Counted from the stretch's first letter, positions 40,788 through 51,603 are shown. The stretch is 64,000 nucleotides of DNA from an uncultured Nitrososphaerota archaeon (GCA_963718895.1 CAVRAG010000003.1:1-64000), one strand, 5' to 3'. Translations and numbers: made by a program. Notes: a model not told the origin generated them from the sequence alone.

Positions 40788-41321
40788 TCAGGCGGTCGCG
40801 GCGGCGACCGTCGGCTGCTCCGGCGCTCCGGGCCGGTCGGCGCGCCCAATCTGGACGTGCCCGGATTTCTCGTCGTAGAGTTCTCTGAGCTCCCCGTAGT
40901 ATTCTCGTGCCACGCGCATCGCTCCATCGCTGTCACTCAGCAGCGTCCTGTGAAAGGCTGCAAACCGTTCGTTCTTGCGCGTGACCTGCTCCGCGAGTTT
41001 CAACATCCCCTTGAACTCTGCCTCCTCCTGCCTGTACAGACCGACCTTTGCCGCGTTCTCGTAGTAGATTCGTGCCCCGAGGTTGTCGCCTGAGGCCCTC
41101 GCCTCATCGGCCTTGGCTTTCAGCTCCCTCGGCTCGCCAAGCCGTGACGCCTGCTCGCCGGGGTTGAGAAGAAGGAAGTACTCCATCGCCTCAAAGAGAG
41201 CATTGTCGTTCTCGATGAACTTCGAGAGCGGCGGAGGGGTCAACAGCTCCTCCACACGGCCCAGATCGTCCTCGACTGGACGCTCCTGGGTGCGGGGGTC
41301 ATCGACCGAAGTGTGCAACAT
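40788..41321 (-). CDS. Hypothetical helical protein
   Basis: 177-aa ORF with plausible codon usage. Confidence 0.55.
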   Translation of the reverse strand: MLHTSVDDPRTQERPVEDDLGRVEELLTPPPLSKFIENDNALFEAMEYFLLLNPGEQASRLGEPRELKAKADEARASGDNLGARIYYENAAKVGLYRQEEAEFKGMLKLAEQVTRKNERFAAFHRTLLSDSDGAMRVAREYYGELRELYDEKSGHVQIGRADRPGAPEQPTVAAATA

Positions 41322-41505
41322 GGGAGCGGGGACAGCAGCTCTACCTTATCATCGATTCAACAATGTAAGAGGACGAGGTGTCACACCTCTTTAGCGGCAG
41401 GACTCTGGTGCCCCGCGCCCCGATTGACGCTGGCAGCGTCCTCCGAGAGGACGGGATTGGACGAGATCCAGCCGGTCCGGCCCATGCTGCTGGAGGACCG
41501 ACTAT

Positions 41506-44220
41506 TCACTCCTCCTGCACTGGCGGTGTCGTCGACGGTTCCCCTCGTCTGCCCTTGAGCACGAGGAGCATCGACGGGAAGTAGAATATCCGGATGACGA
41601 AGGTGTCGACTATCAGCGAGATGACGAACGCGATTCCGAGCTGCTCGAGGTAGCCGAAGGGCACCAGCCCCAGACTCCCAAGGGAGACGGCCAGTATCAG
41701 CCCGAGGGCCGTCACCACCGCCCCCGAACCGACCATCGCCCTCGCCAGCCCCTCCTCGAAGCCGTAGGCCTTCTGTTCCTCTCTGACCCTGGATAGGATG
41801 AACACCGCGAAGTCGTTGCCTAGAGACATTAGTATGACATAGACGACGATCGGGATCAGGAACACCAGCCTCTGCCCTAGCACGTACGTCGAGATCGCGT
41901 ACAGTATGGCGGTGGTCCATGTTATGCTTATGAAGACTCCCGTCAGCGAGATGAAAGGATACTTCACGTTCCGGAACGATAGCCCCAGGACGATGGCTAT
42001 GACCGCCAGGATCACGAGTTCCAGCTGGTTGAACGCTCCGTTGTAGTACGCCTGCAGGTCGATTATGCTCGAGGTCAGTCCCCCCACTAGGAACTGGTCG
42101 TTCTGCCTCAACTGACTAACGAGGGAGATTGCGCTGGGGGAGTAGGGGTCGTATTTCGTGAAGACGACGAAGTACGCGTCCGAGCCGTGGTTGAATACGA
42201 ACGCCCCGTCGAGTGTGCTCGGCTCGATCTTGGTGCCGTTTATGGTTGGACCTATGACCTGCTTGATCCCTTCCGTCCCCAGCAGGAGCCTTGCGTCAGC
42301 CTCGAGAGTCGTGGTCGCGTTGGGGGTGAGACCCCCGAAGACCGTGGTGACGTTCTGCGTGAAGCTCACTACCACGAACGTCGGATAGATGATGCTGCTG
42401 CCGAACTTCTGCTCGACCGTGTTCAGGGCCTGGACGCTCGACAATCCCGAAGGAAGTCCTTCGTTGACGTTGTAGGTCGTTGGGAGGTTGAACCACAGGT
42501 AGGTCGTGGGAACCGCGAGCAGGATGATCACTCCGATGATAAGGTACTTGCGGCGCTCGGAGATCTTGACGACCCGATAGAAGGTGGACCTCTCCATGGG
42601 CCTGGACGGTCTTCTCCCCTCCGGAGAGATGGGCGGCGATTCCTTCCTGCCCCGGAGGTGCAACCTCCCTCCCACGAACACCCTTGGGCCGATCAAGCTC
42701 AACAGTGCGGGCACGAGCGTCGTCTCCAGCGCCACCGTGAACAGCATCGTGAGCAGGAGGACCGGCCCCCAGCTCTCCAGACCCGAGACCAGCGAGATGG
42801 CGCCAAGGCTCAGGGCGACCGTAACTCCTGAGACGATGACCCCGAACCCGGCCTTTGTGGTGGCGATTGAGAGAGCCTCAAAGTCCGTTTTACCTGTCCT
42901 GAGCTCCTCCCTGTACCTCGCGAGGATGAAGACGAAGTAATCCGTGGAGACTCCCAGTATCACCGCGGTCAGCACGTCGGTGACCACGTAGTCGACGTGG
43001 CCCAGCAAGAGCCCGGTGAGGAATATTGAGACGTAGCCGAGGGCGGTCGCGAGCGAGACGACGATCAGAACCAGGAGTGGAGGGAGGTAGGCCGCGAAGA
43101 GCAGGCCGACGGCGATGGCGAGGAACACGAAGATCAGACCGAACGCGTATCCGCTGCTCGCCGAGAGCTGGGCCGTGTCGGCCGCGACCGCTCCCTGCCC
43201 CGTCACCTCGACGGCCCCGAAGTACTGCTGAGACAGGCTCCTGATCTCGGGCGTGGCGCTCTGAGCCGGGTAGAGGTCATTGGGACCGCGATAGTCCTCG
43301 GTGACGTTGAAGTTCACGGTTACCAGGTAGGTCGAGTTGTCAGGGCTGATGTAGTCCTGGGTCACGAACGAGGGGGCTCCCAGGAGGCCGTACTGCGAGA
43401 AGTAGTACTTGCTGGCGTTGTCTCCCGCCACGAGGGCGGTCTGAACCAGCAGAGCAGAGATGTGGAACCCAGCGAACTCGGAGAGGTAGGTCGCGACGGG
43501 CGCCACCATGTCTGTGCTGTAGTTAGTCACGTTGTACCCTGCTGTGTCGACCACGGCGAAGATGAAGAACGGACTTTCGTAGATGAAGCTCGGGACGGCG
43601 GCTGTGGCGGTCGCGTTCTGGACCTTGTCTGCCGGGCTCGAGAGGGCAGGGGCCAAGAAAGCCTTGTCGAGGTCCTGCAAGAAGGCGGATTCGTACTGGC
43701 TTCCGTCGTAGGACGCCTTCTGGGCGGTCTGGTTGACCGAAGCCTGAGAGTATCCGTACTGAGACCAGTTCCCTAGGAACGCGCTGGGAAACCGGTAGAC
43801 CTCGTTCGCGAGCTCCGAGAAGTTGTAGTACGTGTCGCGCATGCTCAGCACCGTGCTGTTAGTGAAGACCCCGTCCAGAAACTTCTCATAGCTGGAGAAG
43901 GCTGAACTGCTTCCCGAGTAGAACGGGATGTTGCTCGAGTTCAGTGCCTTCTGGAAAGCAATCGTCTGGCTCTCTATCTTGCCGATGGCTTCTCCGCTGC
44001 TGGGTTGGAACACTACCGTGAGTGTGGAGTTCGAAGGAGACACGGCCGAGAGCACCTGCTGTGCCACTCCGGATTCACTGTTGGAGAGCGACTTGGGGCT
44101 CTCCGAGTAACTGATGTATTGCCCGTAGCTCAGCAGGAGGGGTGTGAGGGCTAGGAAGGCGATGACCCAGATGACGATGACCGTCTTCTTTCTCTGGACC
44201 ACGAACCCGGAAATCTTCAA
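41506..44220 (-). CDS. MMPL/RND family transporter
   Basis: Two repeats of TM, large loop and five TM; GVSTDYFVFILARYREE and LGNDFAVFILSRVREE. Confidence 0.9.
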   Translation of the reverse strand: MKISGFVVQRKKTVIVIWVIAFLALTPLLLSYGQYISYSESPKSLSNSESGVAQQVLSAVSPSNSTLTVVFQPSSGEAIGKIESQTIAFQKALNSSNIPFYSGSSSAFSSYEKFLDGVFTNSTVLSMRDTYYNFSELANEVYRFPSAFLGNWSQYGYSQASVNQTAQKASYDGSQYESAFLQDLDKAFLAPALSSPADKVQNATATAAVPSFIYESPFFIFAVVDTAGYNVTNYSTDMVAPVATYLSEFAGFHISALLVQTALVAGDNASKYYFSQYGLLGAPSFVTQDYISPDNSTYLVTVNFNVTEDYRGPNDLYPAQSATPEIRSLSQQYFGAVEVTGQGAVAADTAQLSASSGYAFGLIFVFLAIAVGLLFAAYLPPLLVLIVVSLATALGYVSIFLTGLLLGHVDYVVTDVLTAVILGVSTDYFVFILARYREELRTGKTDFEALSIATTKAGFGVIVSGVTVALSLGAISLVSGLESWGPVLLLTMLFTVALETTLVPALLSLIGPRVFVGGRLHLRGRKESPPISPEGRRPSRPMERSTFYRVVKISERRKYLIIGVIILLAVPTTYLWFNLPTTYNVNEGLPSGLSSVQALNTVEQKFGSSIIYPTFVVVSFTQNVTTVFGGLTPNATTTLEADARLLLGTEGIKQVIGPTINGTKIEPSTLDGAFVFNHGSDAYFVVFTKYDPYSPSAISLVSQLRQNDQFLVGGLTSSIIDLQAYYNGAFNQLELVILAVIAIVLGLSFRNVKYPFISLTGVFISITWTTAILYAISTYVLGQRLVFLIPIVVYVILMSLGNDFAVFILSRVREEQKAYGFEEGLARAMVGSGAVVTALGLILAVSLGSLGLVPFGYLEQLGIAFVISLIVDTFVIRIFYFPSMLLVLKGRRGEPSTTPPVQEE

Positions 44221-44584
44221 TTCATTCCCTCTTCTTCCTCAGCGGAAGATTCCCTCTGCTGCGTTCGCAATAAGTGTTCGGCGGGGGTGCATGATTGTGG
44301 TATATTACAAGCTCAGTTCAAACTGCAAATGGCAAGTTTTCAGGATTTTCGAAGAGGATGCATGGATAAGTCTCCTGGCTCACTTTCGGAAATCCCCCTC
44401 CCGACTCTCACTTTCACCGTCCCCATTCCGTTATAGCCACCTGCGCAAGGCTCGAGCACATGGCCGAGACGAAGAAGAGGGACCCTGAACGAAAGCTTGA
44501 ACCCGAAGAGTATGAGATCTACCCCGACAGCACGAGCGTGATGCACTTCCTGCCGCCAAAGAGGTGAAGGGTTTGTGAGGACTG

Positions 44585-44830
44585 ATGAACAGCGTCATCC
44601 TAGAGTGCCCTAGGTGCCTGAATATGTTCATGGCCTCCACCCTGAAGGCGACCAGGGTCGGCGAGAACCTCTGGGGGAGCAGATGCAGGTGCGGGAACGT
44701 CATCGAGTTCGACCTTGACTACCTAGAACCCCTCGAGCTATGGGCCCAACCCAACGTGGCCAGCAGGATGAAGGAGATCGAGGGCTACGCGGTAAGGGTG
44801 GAGGGCCTGACCTACGCGAAAGACCGCTGA
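44585..44830 (+). CDS. Small zinc-ribbon protein
   Basis: CPRC...CRCG. Confidence 0.6.
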   Translation: MNSVILECPRCLNMFMASTLKATRVGENLWGSRCRCGNVIEFDLDYLEPLELWAQPNVASRMKEIEGYAVRVEGLTYAKDR

Positions 44831-44888
44831 CGCAGGAGAGTGAGGCCTCAGAGCTTCGTTGCGCTCGCGTGGATGGCTGATAGACGGG

Positions 44889-46355
44889 TCAATCCTGCAC
44901 TACCTGTCTCTGGGCTCGCTTTCCCATGACCTCTTGCGCGAAGATGGCGAGTACCACAGAGATAGCGAACCCCGCGACCGCGAAATAGAAGGAATACTGG
45001 AACGCGATTCGCTCTGGGAGCGAGACAGGAACTCCGCCTACGACGTACGTCACGGTGTACGTCGAGAGCAGCGAGCCAGCGATTGGAGCGCCGAGACTGC
45101 TCCCCATGTTGCGGAAGACCGTGCTGAGGGAGGTGGCCAATCCCATCTCTCTCTTCTTGACCGAGAGCACGAGCAGGTTCTGCGTCGCGACCAACATCAT
45201 CCCAAGTCCCAGCGAGGCCAAAACGAGGCACACAACGATGCCCATTGCGCTGGTAGTTGTGGATAGGAGGAAGAACCCGGCGCCTCCCAGGACGCCTCCC
45301 GCGTAGAGAAACGGCTTGACGCCATAGGTCGGGATTAGACGGCCGACGGGTATGGCCACTATCAGTATCGCGACCGCCAGAGGAAGGAGATAGAGCCCAG
45401 TCGTGAAGATGTCGAAACCGTGGCCGCTCGGGGCGGGGAGCTCCAGCTCATAGGTGATCGCCTGGAAGGCCAAGAAGAGTGCCATGCCTGACGTAAGCCC
45501 TATCGCATTGGAGACCACCACGTTCCGTATTCCTAGCAGTTTCAGGTTGAGAATCGGGTCGCTCTTGCCTCTTTCGTAGATCACCAGAGGTCCCAGGAGT
45601 ATGCCGCCTCCGAAGACGAGGCCCAGGACGGAGGTTGAGGTCCACCCCCAAGATGACCCCTCAGAGAGACCGAAAACGATCATCCCAAGGGTCAGGCCCA
45701 GCCAGCCGGCACCAACGTAGTCGAGCTTGGCCATCGGGTTCTTGAATGCGGACTCCTTGAGAGTGAAGAAGAGAAGGGCCGTGAGCACGGCGATGAAGGG
45801 GAGCGCGATGTGGTAGTTGGCCTGCCAACCGTAGGAATTGGCCACGAATGCCCCTATCGGGAGACCGAGCGCTGCACCGGCGCCGAACATCGCGCTGAGC
45901 AGGCCTTGGGCGCGGGGCACCATCTCGCGCGGGAACTCCTCCCTCACGAGGCTGAAGGCCAGAGGGAAGATACCAAGACCGATTCCCTGGAAGGTTCGGG
46001 AGATGAGGAGCGTGGTGAAGTTGGGGGCGAAGGATGTGGTAGCCACCATGGCCACGTAGAGCACGAGGACGTAGATCAGGATCCGTTTCTTGCCGTAGAT
46101 GTCGCCGAGCTTCCCAACCAGGGGATTCACCGCCGTGCCGAAAACCGTGTAGAGCGAGAGTATGAGGCTGACCTCCGCTATCGAGACCTTGTAGTCGGAG
46201 GCGATCCTCGGCAAGGAGGGTGTGAGCATGATGTCCACATAGAGGACGAAGGCCGCGAGCACTGCGAGCAGAAGGAGGACGCGGTTCGCATATTTCTTGT
46301 CGAACGTCTGGTTCTGTTCCGGAGGTTGCGGAACCGGAGCATCGTTGTTCGACAT
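44889..46355 (-). CDS. MFS transporter (DHA2-like, 14 TM)
   Basis: GKLGDIYGKKR motif A, RTFQGIG, FRNMGSSLG. Confidence 0.92.
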   Translation of the reverse strand: MSNNDAPVPQPPEQNQTFDKKYANRVLLLLAVLAAFVLYVDIMLTPSLPRIASDYKVSIAEVSLILSLYTVFGTAVNPLVGKLGDIYGKKRILIYVLVLYVAMVATTSFAPNFTTLLISRTFQGIGLGIFPLAFSLVREEFPREMVPRAQGLLSAMFGAGAALGLPIGAFVANSYGWQANYHIALPFIAVLTALLFFTLKESAFKNPMAKLDYVGAGWLGLTLGMIVFGLSEGSSWGWTSTSVLGLVFGGGILLGPLVIYERGKSDPILNLKLLGIRNVVVSNAIGLTSGMALFLAFQAITYELELPAPSGHGFDIFTTGLYLLPLAVAILIVAIPVGRLIPTYGVKPFLYAGGVLGGAGFFLLSTTTSAMGIVVCLVLASLGLGMMLVATQNLLVLSVKKREMGLATSLSTVFRNMGSSLGAPIAGSLLSTYTVTYVVGGVPVSLPERIAFQYSFYFAVAGFAISVVLAIFAQEVMGKRAQRQVVQD

Positions 46356-46489
46356 GGCCCGGGCGCCCGGCGACAACGGCATATATGTCTAACGATATCG
46401 TCACCGATATACGCTCCCTCGACATCGTACTTACCTACAGTTCATTGCCGGATGGAGTCTGTCGCGCCCTCTTGCACGACAGCCGGGCC

Positions 46490-46678
46490 TCAGCCCGCCA
46501 AGAGTATGTAGACCCCGACGGCGGTCATCGCGCCCACCCCCATCAGCCGGGAACGGTCCCACCTCGAGACGCGTCCGAGTATGATTAGCGTCGCCCAGTG
46601 GTCCGGAGCGGACATGTAAAGGATCCCAACGAGGGCAGCGGCGAGCAACAAAGGACCCTGAGCGAGCACACTGAGCAC
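46490..46678 (-). pseudogene. Truncated fragment resembling the N-terminus of a Ni/Co transporter-like membrane protein
   Basis: APDHW motif followed by W...R...G; only 62 aa. Confidence 0.35.
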
Positions 46679-46954
46679 CCTATCCCAAGATTGCCAGTCT
46701 TCTTGCCACGCCCCAATCTCGACGAGAAGGACTGTCCCTCAAGCAACCATCCCATTGAGCGGGTGGGCGTGCCCATGGGTACTCAATCCTCCTGAGGGCG
46801 CCCTCTCCCTTGTAATCGACCAATTTATGCCATCCGAGGGGAGGGGATATCTGTATATCTCTATCGTTTCCTTGCACCAGACCTGACCGGAGGCCTCGGG
46901 ACACATCTGCCCACGGATAACTCCCTTAAATGAGGGCCCGGCACTGAGGCTCAC

Positions 46955-47527
46955 ATGCGCCTCGTCATAGGAATCTCCGGGGCCAGCGGTGCCATCTACG
47001 GAATAAGAGCACTCGAGGCGCTGAAGGCTGCCAAGGTCGAGACGCACCTGATCCTGACCTCCGCGGCGCGGGAGACGATTCGCATCGAGACCGACCTCGC
47101 TGCAGCCGATGTCGAGAGGCTCGCCACGGAGACCTACAGGATAGACGACCCGGCCGCGAAGCTCTCGAGCGGCTCGTTCCGCACCGATGGCATGATCGTG
47201 ATTCCCTGCAGCATGAAGACGCTAGGGGGCGTCGCGAGCGGCTACGCCGACAACCTCCTTCTCAGGGCGGCCGAGGTCTCGATGAAGGAGAGGCGCCCGC
47301 TGGTACTCGTGGTCAGGGAGACCCCCTTGACCCTGATCGACCTGGAGAACATGGTCAAGGTCGCGCGAGCCGGTGCCGTAGTCCTGCCTGCCATGCCCGC
47401 CTTCCACAACAGGCCAAAGACGATCGACGACATTGTCAATCACGTCGTCGGGAAGGTCTTCGACGTCCTCGGCATCGCGCACGGCCTTGCGCCGCGCTGG
47501 GATGGGCCCCCGGGTGCCTCTGCCTAG
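46955..47527 (+). CDS. ubiX: Flavin prenyltransferase UbiX
   Basis: GISGASG, SSGS, PCSMKTL, RAAEV.MKERR, RETPL, PAMPAF. Confidence 0.96.
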   Translation: MRLVIGISGASGAIYGIRALEALKAAKVETHLILTSAARETIRIETDLAAADVERLATETYRIDDPAAKLSSGSFRTDGMIVIPCSMKTLGGVASGYADNLLLRAAEVSMKERRPLVLVVRETPLTLIDLENMVKVARAGAVVLPAMPAFHNRPKTIDDIVNHVVGKVFDVLGIAHGLAPRWDGPPGASA

Positions 47528-47554
47528 CCGTCCACATGAGGATGGTCCGTAGCT

Positions 47555-47935
47555 TCAATACCGGACGGTCGCGCCGCTCACCCTGAGTCGGGAACCTTGC
47601 CCTATCTTGGTTATGTCGACCATGTCCACGCAGGGAATCCCGGATATTATCGCGCCGACGGCGACGATCGTCTCGCACTTTTCGTTTATGATCGCGGACG
47701 GGGCGAGGCCGCTCTTGCTGAGCCTGTAGAGAATGTAGGAGCCCACCGTCGAGCCCTTCCCGTACGGGAAGACCAGGACCCTGTCCTTCACGCACTCTCC
47801 CTTGAGCTCGTGACCCCTCTCGATGACCTCACCCGAGGTGGGGTCCACCCCACCGTAGAAGGATATGGGTTGCGAGGTCACGAGGGCCTCTCCCTCCGCC
47901 TCTCCGCCGTAGATCACCCTTCCCTTCAGCCTCAA
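47555..47935 (-). CDS. Aconitase X swivel subunit (DUF126), phosphomevalonate dehydratase small subunit
   Basis: ISFYGGVDP..G.VIE..H, VFP.GKGSTVGSY, GAIISGIP. Confidence 0.9.
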   Translation of the reverse strand: MRLKGRVIYGGEAEGEALVTSQPISFYGGVDPTSGEVIERGHELKGECVKDRVLVFPYGKGSTVGSYILYRLSKSGLAPSAIINEKCETIVAVGAIISGIPCVDMVDITKIGQGSRLRVSGATVRY

Positions 47936-49116
47936 CTCGACCTGGTCGCCTCCGAGACGCACCTTTCGAGGGTCAGGAACCTCACGCGCAGGCCGTTGTT
48001 CCTCAGGTAATGGCAGGCCTTTGCCGAGTTCGTCGCTACCACTTTGTATCCCATCGTCTCTATCGGCGCAACGACCATGCAAGTGTCGCAGGCGAACTTT
48101 GCTCCGCTCCGCTCGATCACCTTCGAGTACCCCTTCGCATCGCTTTGCCGCCTCACTTCCCGGCTGCAGCATATCCAGAATTCTCTGGTGACTTTGCGCC
48201 CCGTCAGCAGTCCGGCGATGGTCGCCAGCTCCTTGAGCGAGCAGTGGGGGCAACCCACCGAGACGAAATCGGGGTCGCCGTCATCGTTCAGGCTGGCGAC
48301 CGCCTCTGAGAGGTCGCGTGGGCCGAATGTGAGGGTCTCGGTTCCGTCGGGCGGGTTCCCGGCCTCCGGGGTGACGCCCGCCATGTGGAACATCGCGACC
48401 CCGCCCGAGCTCGCCAGGGCGGCGGACAGCTCCTTCGACTCCTCGAGCCCGGCTTCGCTTATCCCCCTGAAATGGGGCACCCCGTTCCGGACAACCTTGC
48501 CGACGGAGTATCCCATCGCTGCGAAGTCCTCGGGCGTGGTGAGCTCCGCGGCCACGTCCACCACCATCGTCGCGACCCTGTTCGCATCGAGATGGTATCC
48601 GTAGAGAGGGGTTCTCCCGGTAAGGCTCGCGGCCAAGGCGCTGGGACCTCCCTCGCGGTTGGTCCTCGCGCCGAGGACTGAGTTGGCGTAGACGACCGCC
48701 GAGCTCTCTCCCCAGGCGATGTGCTCCCCGAGGCGCGGCTCGTTCCCCGCAAGATAGGGTGTGCAGGTGCACGAGATCTCCAGCCCGAGCCTCCGGTATG
48801 CGTCGATTATCTCGAGCTGCTTGCTTGCGAAGCCGCTGTCGATTCCCTGCAGCTTCCAGTTCGTCAGGTCCATCCCCGCGGGGTTCAGGGTCGTCTTGAC
48901 CCGCGCCCTTCCGTCCTCTGCCAGCTCCCTTAGGAACTCGATCCCCGCGTCTCCCAGATTCTTGTACGAGACGCCGGAGACCTGCACGCTGGAGACGGGG
49001 ACTAGCCTCTTGGCGCCGTAGATCTCCCCGAGGGCCACCAGGATCTCCATGCTCTTCTTGGTGGCGTGGCCCTCACCTCCCGAGAGCATTTCCTTCTCCT
49101 CTGGTGTGAGACGCAT
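47932..49116 (-). CDS. Aconitase X catalytic subunit (DUF521), phosphomevalonate dehydratase large subunit
   Basis: SGVSYKN.G, TLNPAG, CTCTPY, ESSAV.YANS, GCPHCS, DTCMVV, TNSAK. Confidence 0.92.
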   Translation of the reverse strand: MRLTPEEKEMLSGGEGHATKKSMEILVALGEIYGAKRLVPVSSVQVSGVSYKNLGDAGIEFLRELAEDGRARVKTTLNPAGMDLTNWKLQGIDSGFASKQLEIIDAYRRLGLEISCTCTPYLAGNEPRLGEHIAWGESSAVVYANSVLGARTNREGGPSALAASLTGRTPLYGYHLDANRVATMVVDVAAELTTPEDFAAMGYSVGKVVRNGVPHFRGISEAGLEESKELSAALASSGGVAMFHMAGVTPEAGNPPDGTETLTFGPRDLSEAVASLNDDGDPDFVSVGCPHCSLKELATIAGLLTGRKVTREFWICCSREVRRQSDAKGYSKVIERSGAKFACDTCMVVAPIETMGYKVVATNSAKACHYLRNNGLRVRFLTLERCVSEATRSS

Positions 49117-49126
49117 TCTCGATCAG

Positions 49127-50428
49127 CTACAGGTAGTCTTCTACCTTCATACCGTCCTCGAGGGGGATCCTGGCCTTGTCGAACTGACCTCTCGGTACTC
49201 CCAGGGGGATGGTCGCATCGAGTCCGGCCTTGCAGGTCTTTCTTGTGACCTGGTCGGCAGATGGGTCGAGGGACGACCCATACTCGTCGGGCTTCAGCAG
49301 AAGGTCGCGGTCGAGTTGGGCCCTCGTCGAGACGGCCCACTCCACGGCGTCGGGGTCATCGAGGTCCACGTCATCGTCCACGACGACAGCGTGCTTCAGG
49401 CTCTGATGGCCCCTGAACGCGGCCTCGAGCGCGTCCCTCGGATCATCCTCCTTTTCCTTCCTTATCTTGATGACAGCATGCAGCCAGGAGCTGCCCCCAG
49501 CGGTCAGACGCACGTCAAGGCAGGCGCAGACCCTGTTGACTTCCCTGAACATAGTGGCCTCGCGCGGCATGCCCATCAGCATCCTGTGCTCGGCGGCCCC
49601 GGGCAGGATGGCCTGATAGATTGGGTCCCTTCGGTGTGTTATGCGTTTGATTTTGATGACCCTCTGCTTCCTGACGATGTCGTAGGCGCCTGTGATGTCG
49701 GGGAACGGCCCCTCGTCGACCAACTCATCCGTGATCGTGCCCTCCAGGACGAGTTCACACTCGGCCGGTACCACCGAGTCGTTCGTCGTGCATCTGACGA
49801 ACGACATCTCCTTGAGTGCGTTCGCTATCTCCAACTCGCTCTTCCCGATCTCGCACGAAACGGCCGCGGCGAATAGGAACGCGGGATGATTGCCCAGGGA
49901 GATGCCCACCTCCCGGTTCCCCCTCTTCACGAACTCGTCGAGATGGCGGGGTAGGATTCTCGCGGCGACCCTGTCCCTGCCTATGAGCATCAGGCGGTGG
50001 TAGCTCGCGTTGAAGCCAAACTCCCGGTCCTTGGCAACCGCTATCCCTGCCGTCGCGTAGGGGCCGCCGTCGCGTTCGCAGTGCGTCAGGATCGGGATTC
50101 TATAGAGGTCGACCTCGTCTTCGACCACCTCTTGGCACGGCGCACGATCGACGGCGCTGAACGGCCTAGGATTCTCGATGGACTCCAAGACCCTTCCGAG
50201 GAGCTGGCCCTGGTGCACGCCCAGGGCTCTCGCGAGTAGATTCCTGCCGCCGCAGACGCCGATCGCGACCCTGTACTCCCTAGTCTCCTTGACATCCTCG
50301 AAGAGGAGGGGGTGGCCATCGAGCTTGTGCGCGAGAGCGGCGATCTCGTACTTGGTCGACACCTGCTTGGTGATGTGCCTCAAGTCACCGGTCTCATCCA
50401 GCTCCCTGAGGAACCCTCTGAAACTCAA
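49127..50428 (-). CDS. UbiD family decarboxylase (anhydromevalonate phosphate decarboxylase candidate)
   Basis: DGGPY, SYHR, EGPF.D..G.YD, K.VVVVDDDVD; clustered with AcnX and UbiX. Confidence 0.88.
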   Translation of the reverse strand: MSFRGFLRELDETGDLRHITKQVSTKYEIAALAHKLDGHPLLFEDVKETREYRVAIGVCGGRNLLARALGVHQGQLLGRVLESIENPRPFSAVDRAPCQEVVEDEVDLYRIPILTHCERDGGPYATAGIAVAKDREFGFNASYHRLMLIGRDRVAARILPRHLDEFVKRGNREVGISLGNHPAFLFAAAVSCEIGKSELEIANALKEMSFVRCTTNDSVVPAECELVLEGTITDELVDEGPFPDITGAYDIVRKQRVIKIKRITHRRDPIYQAILPGAAEHRMLMGMPREATMFREVNRVCACLDVRLTAGGSSWLHAVIKIRKEKEDDPRDALEAAFRGHQSLKHAVVVDDDVDLDDPDAVEWAVSTRAQLDRDLLLKPDEYGSSLDPSADQVTRKTCKAGLDATIPLGVPRGQFDKARIPLEDGMKVEDYL

Positions 50429-50621
50429 TCGAACCAGACCATGCCAAGTCGCCTTGAGCCTGCGCGACGGATTGTCATTTAAGAACCTTGCAGGACGGGT
50501 CACCGGCTGTCAAGACCCACGGGACCGCCTGTCTCGTCCTCGGGGATTACGATCCGTTGATGGATTGCTCTGCGCTTCGAGTCCGAGAGAGTTTATTAGA
50601 GATTCGCGCCCTCGACGGTCC

Positions 50622-50990
50622 ATGTCAAGCCACGAGGTCAAGAACATGGCTGCCTCGAAAGAGGTCAGAGAATTCAATCATTCGAGAATCGAGCTGGTGA
50701 ACATCGCAGGCGGCACGGTCGCACGGTTCGTATTGCAGAAGGGGTGGAAGTGGTCGAACGACGTCAAGCCGGTGGTCAAGACCGAGTGGTGCGAAGCTCC
50801 ACACCTTCAGTACGTGATCTCCGGCAGGTACCGCGTAAGGATGAAGGACGGGACAGAGTTTGACATCGGAGCGGGAGACGTGGCATCTGTACCCCCCGGC
50901 CACGATGCGTGGGTCATCGGAGATGAGCCTCTCGTCGGCATCGAGTTCGTCGGCGGGAGAATTGCGTCCGAAGGACCGGGGAAGAACTAG
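50622..50990 (+). CDS. Cupin domain protein
   Basis: GWKWS.DVKP, C.APH.QYVISG, PPGHDAWV.G. Confidence 0.85.
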   Translation: MSSHEVKNMAASKEVREFNHSRIELVNIAGGTVARFVLQKGWKWSNDVKPVVKTEWCEAPHLQYVISGRYRVRMKDGTEFDIGAGDVASVPPGHDAWVIGDEPLVGIEFVGGRIASEGPGKN

Positions 50991-51078
50991 AGAGAATCCT
51001 GCTCGAATGCGAGCCGGATTTTGAAAAGCGCCGTAGATACAAACATTAATTAGCAACGGAGGTATTTCTCCGAATGAT

Positions 51079-51603
51079 TTGGCCTCAGAGACAGGCGGAA
51101 GCGAAGATACGATGGACGAGAGCGCCGGCGGATCCATGCCAGCAACAGACATGAGCGATGCTCCCGTGCCGTCGCCAGAAATTGAGGTGCCCACGCCAGC
51201 GGGCCCTCAGGTTGAGGGAAGACGGACGCAGCTCAAGATAGTGCGAGAGAACATAGATTCCCTTTCAAGGGACGTCGGGAACTTTAGAAGCAGTCACGCA
51301 GCGAGCATCAAGAGATTGGAGAAGCAGGTCGCCGCCCTCCGGAGCGAACTGGCAGCCACCAAGCTCTCGAAGGACGTAGGAAGCTTCAGGAAGAGCCACG
51401 ATGCAAGCGCCAAGAGGCTGGAGAAGCAGCTCGCGACCCTGCGCAGTGACCTGGCTGCGCTGAAGACAAGCATAGCGAAGGACGCGGCTAGGAGCAGGGC
51501 CAAGCAAGAGGCAGTGTTATCGAAGATTCTGGCGAAGGTGAGCGCGAAGCCTCCGAAGGCTTCGAAAGCTGCCAAACCCGCAAAGAGCACAAAGAAGCGA
51601 TAG
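51079..51603 (+). CDS. Coiled-coil protein with internal 34-aa tandem repeat and Lys/Ala-rich tail
   Basis: Acidic N-terminus, two repeats LSxDVGxFRxSHxASxKRLEKQxAxLRSxLAAxK, tail AKPPKASKAAKPAKSTKKR. Confidence 0.7.
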   Translation: MASETGGSEDTMDESAGGSMPATDMSDAPVPSPEIEVPTPAGPQVEGRRTQLKIVRENIDSLSRDVGNFRSSHAASIKRLEKQVAALRSELAATKLSKDVGSFRKSHDASAKRLEKQLATLRSDLAALKTSIAKDAARSRAKQEAVLSKILAKVSAKPPKASKAAKPAKSTKKR

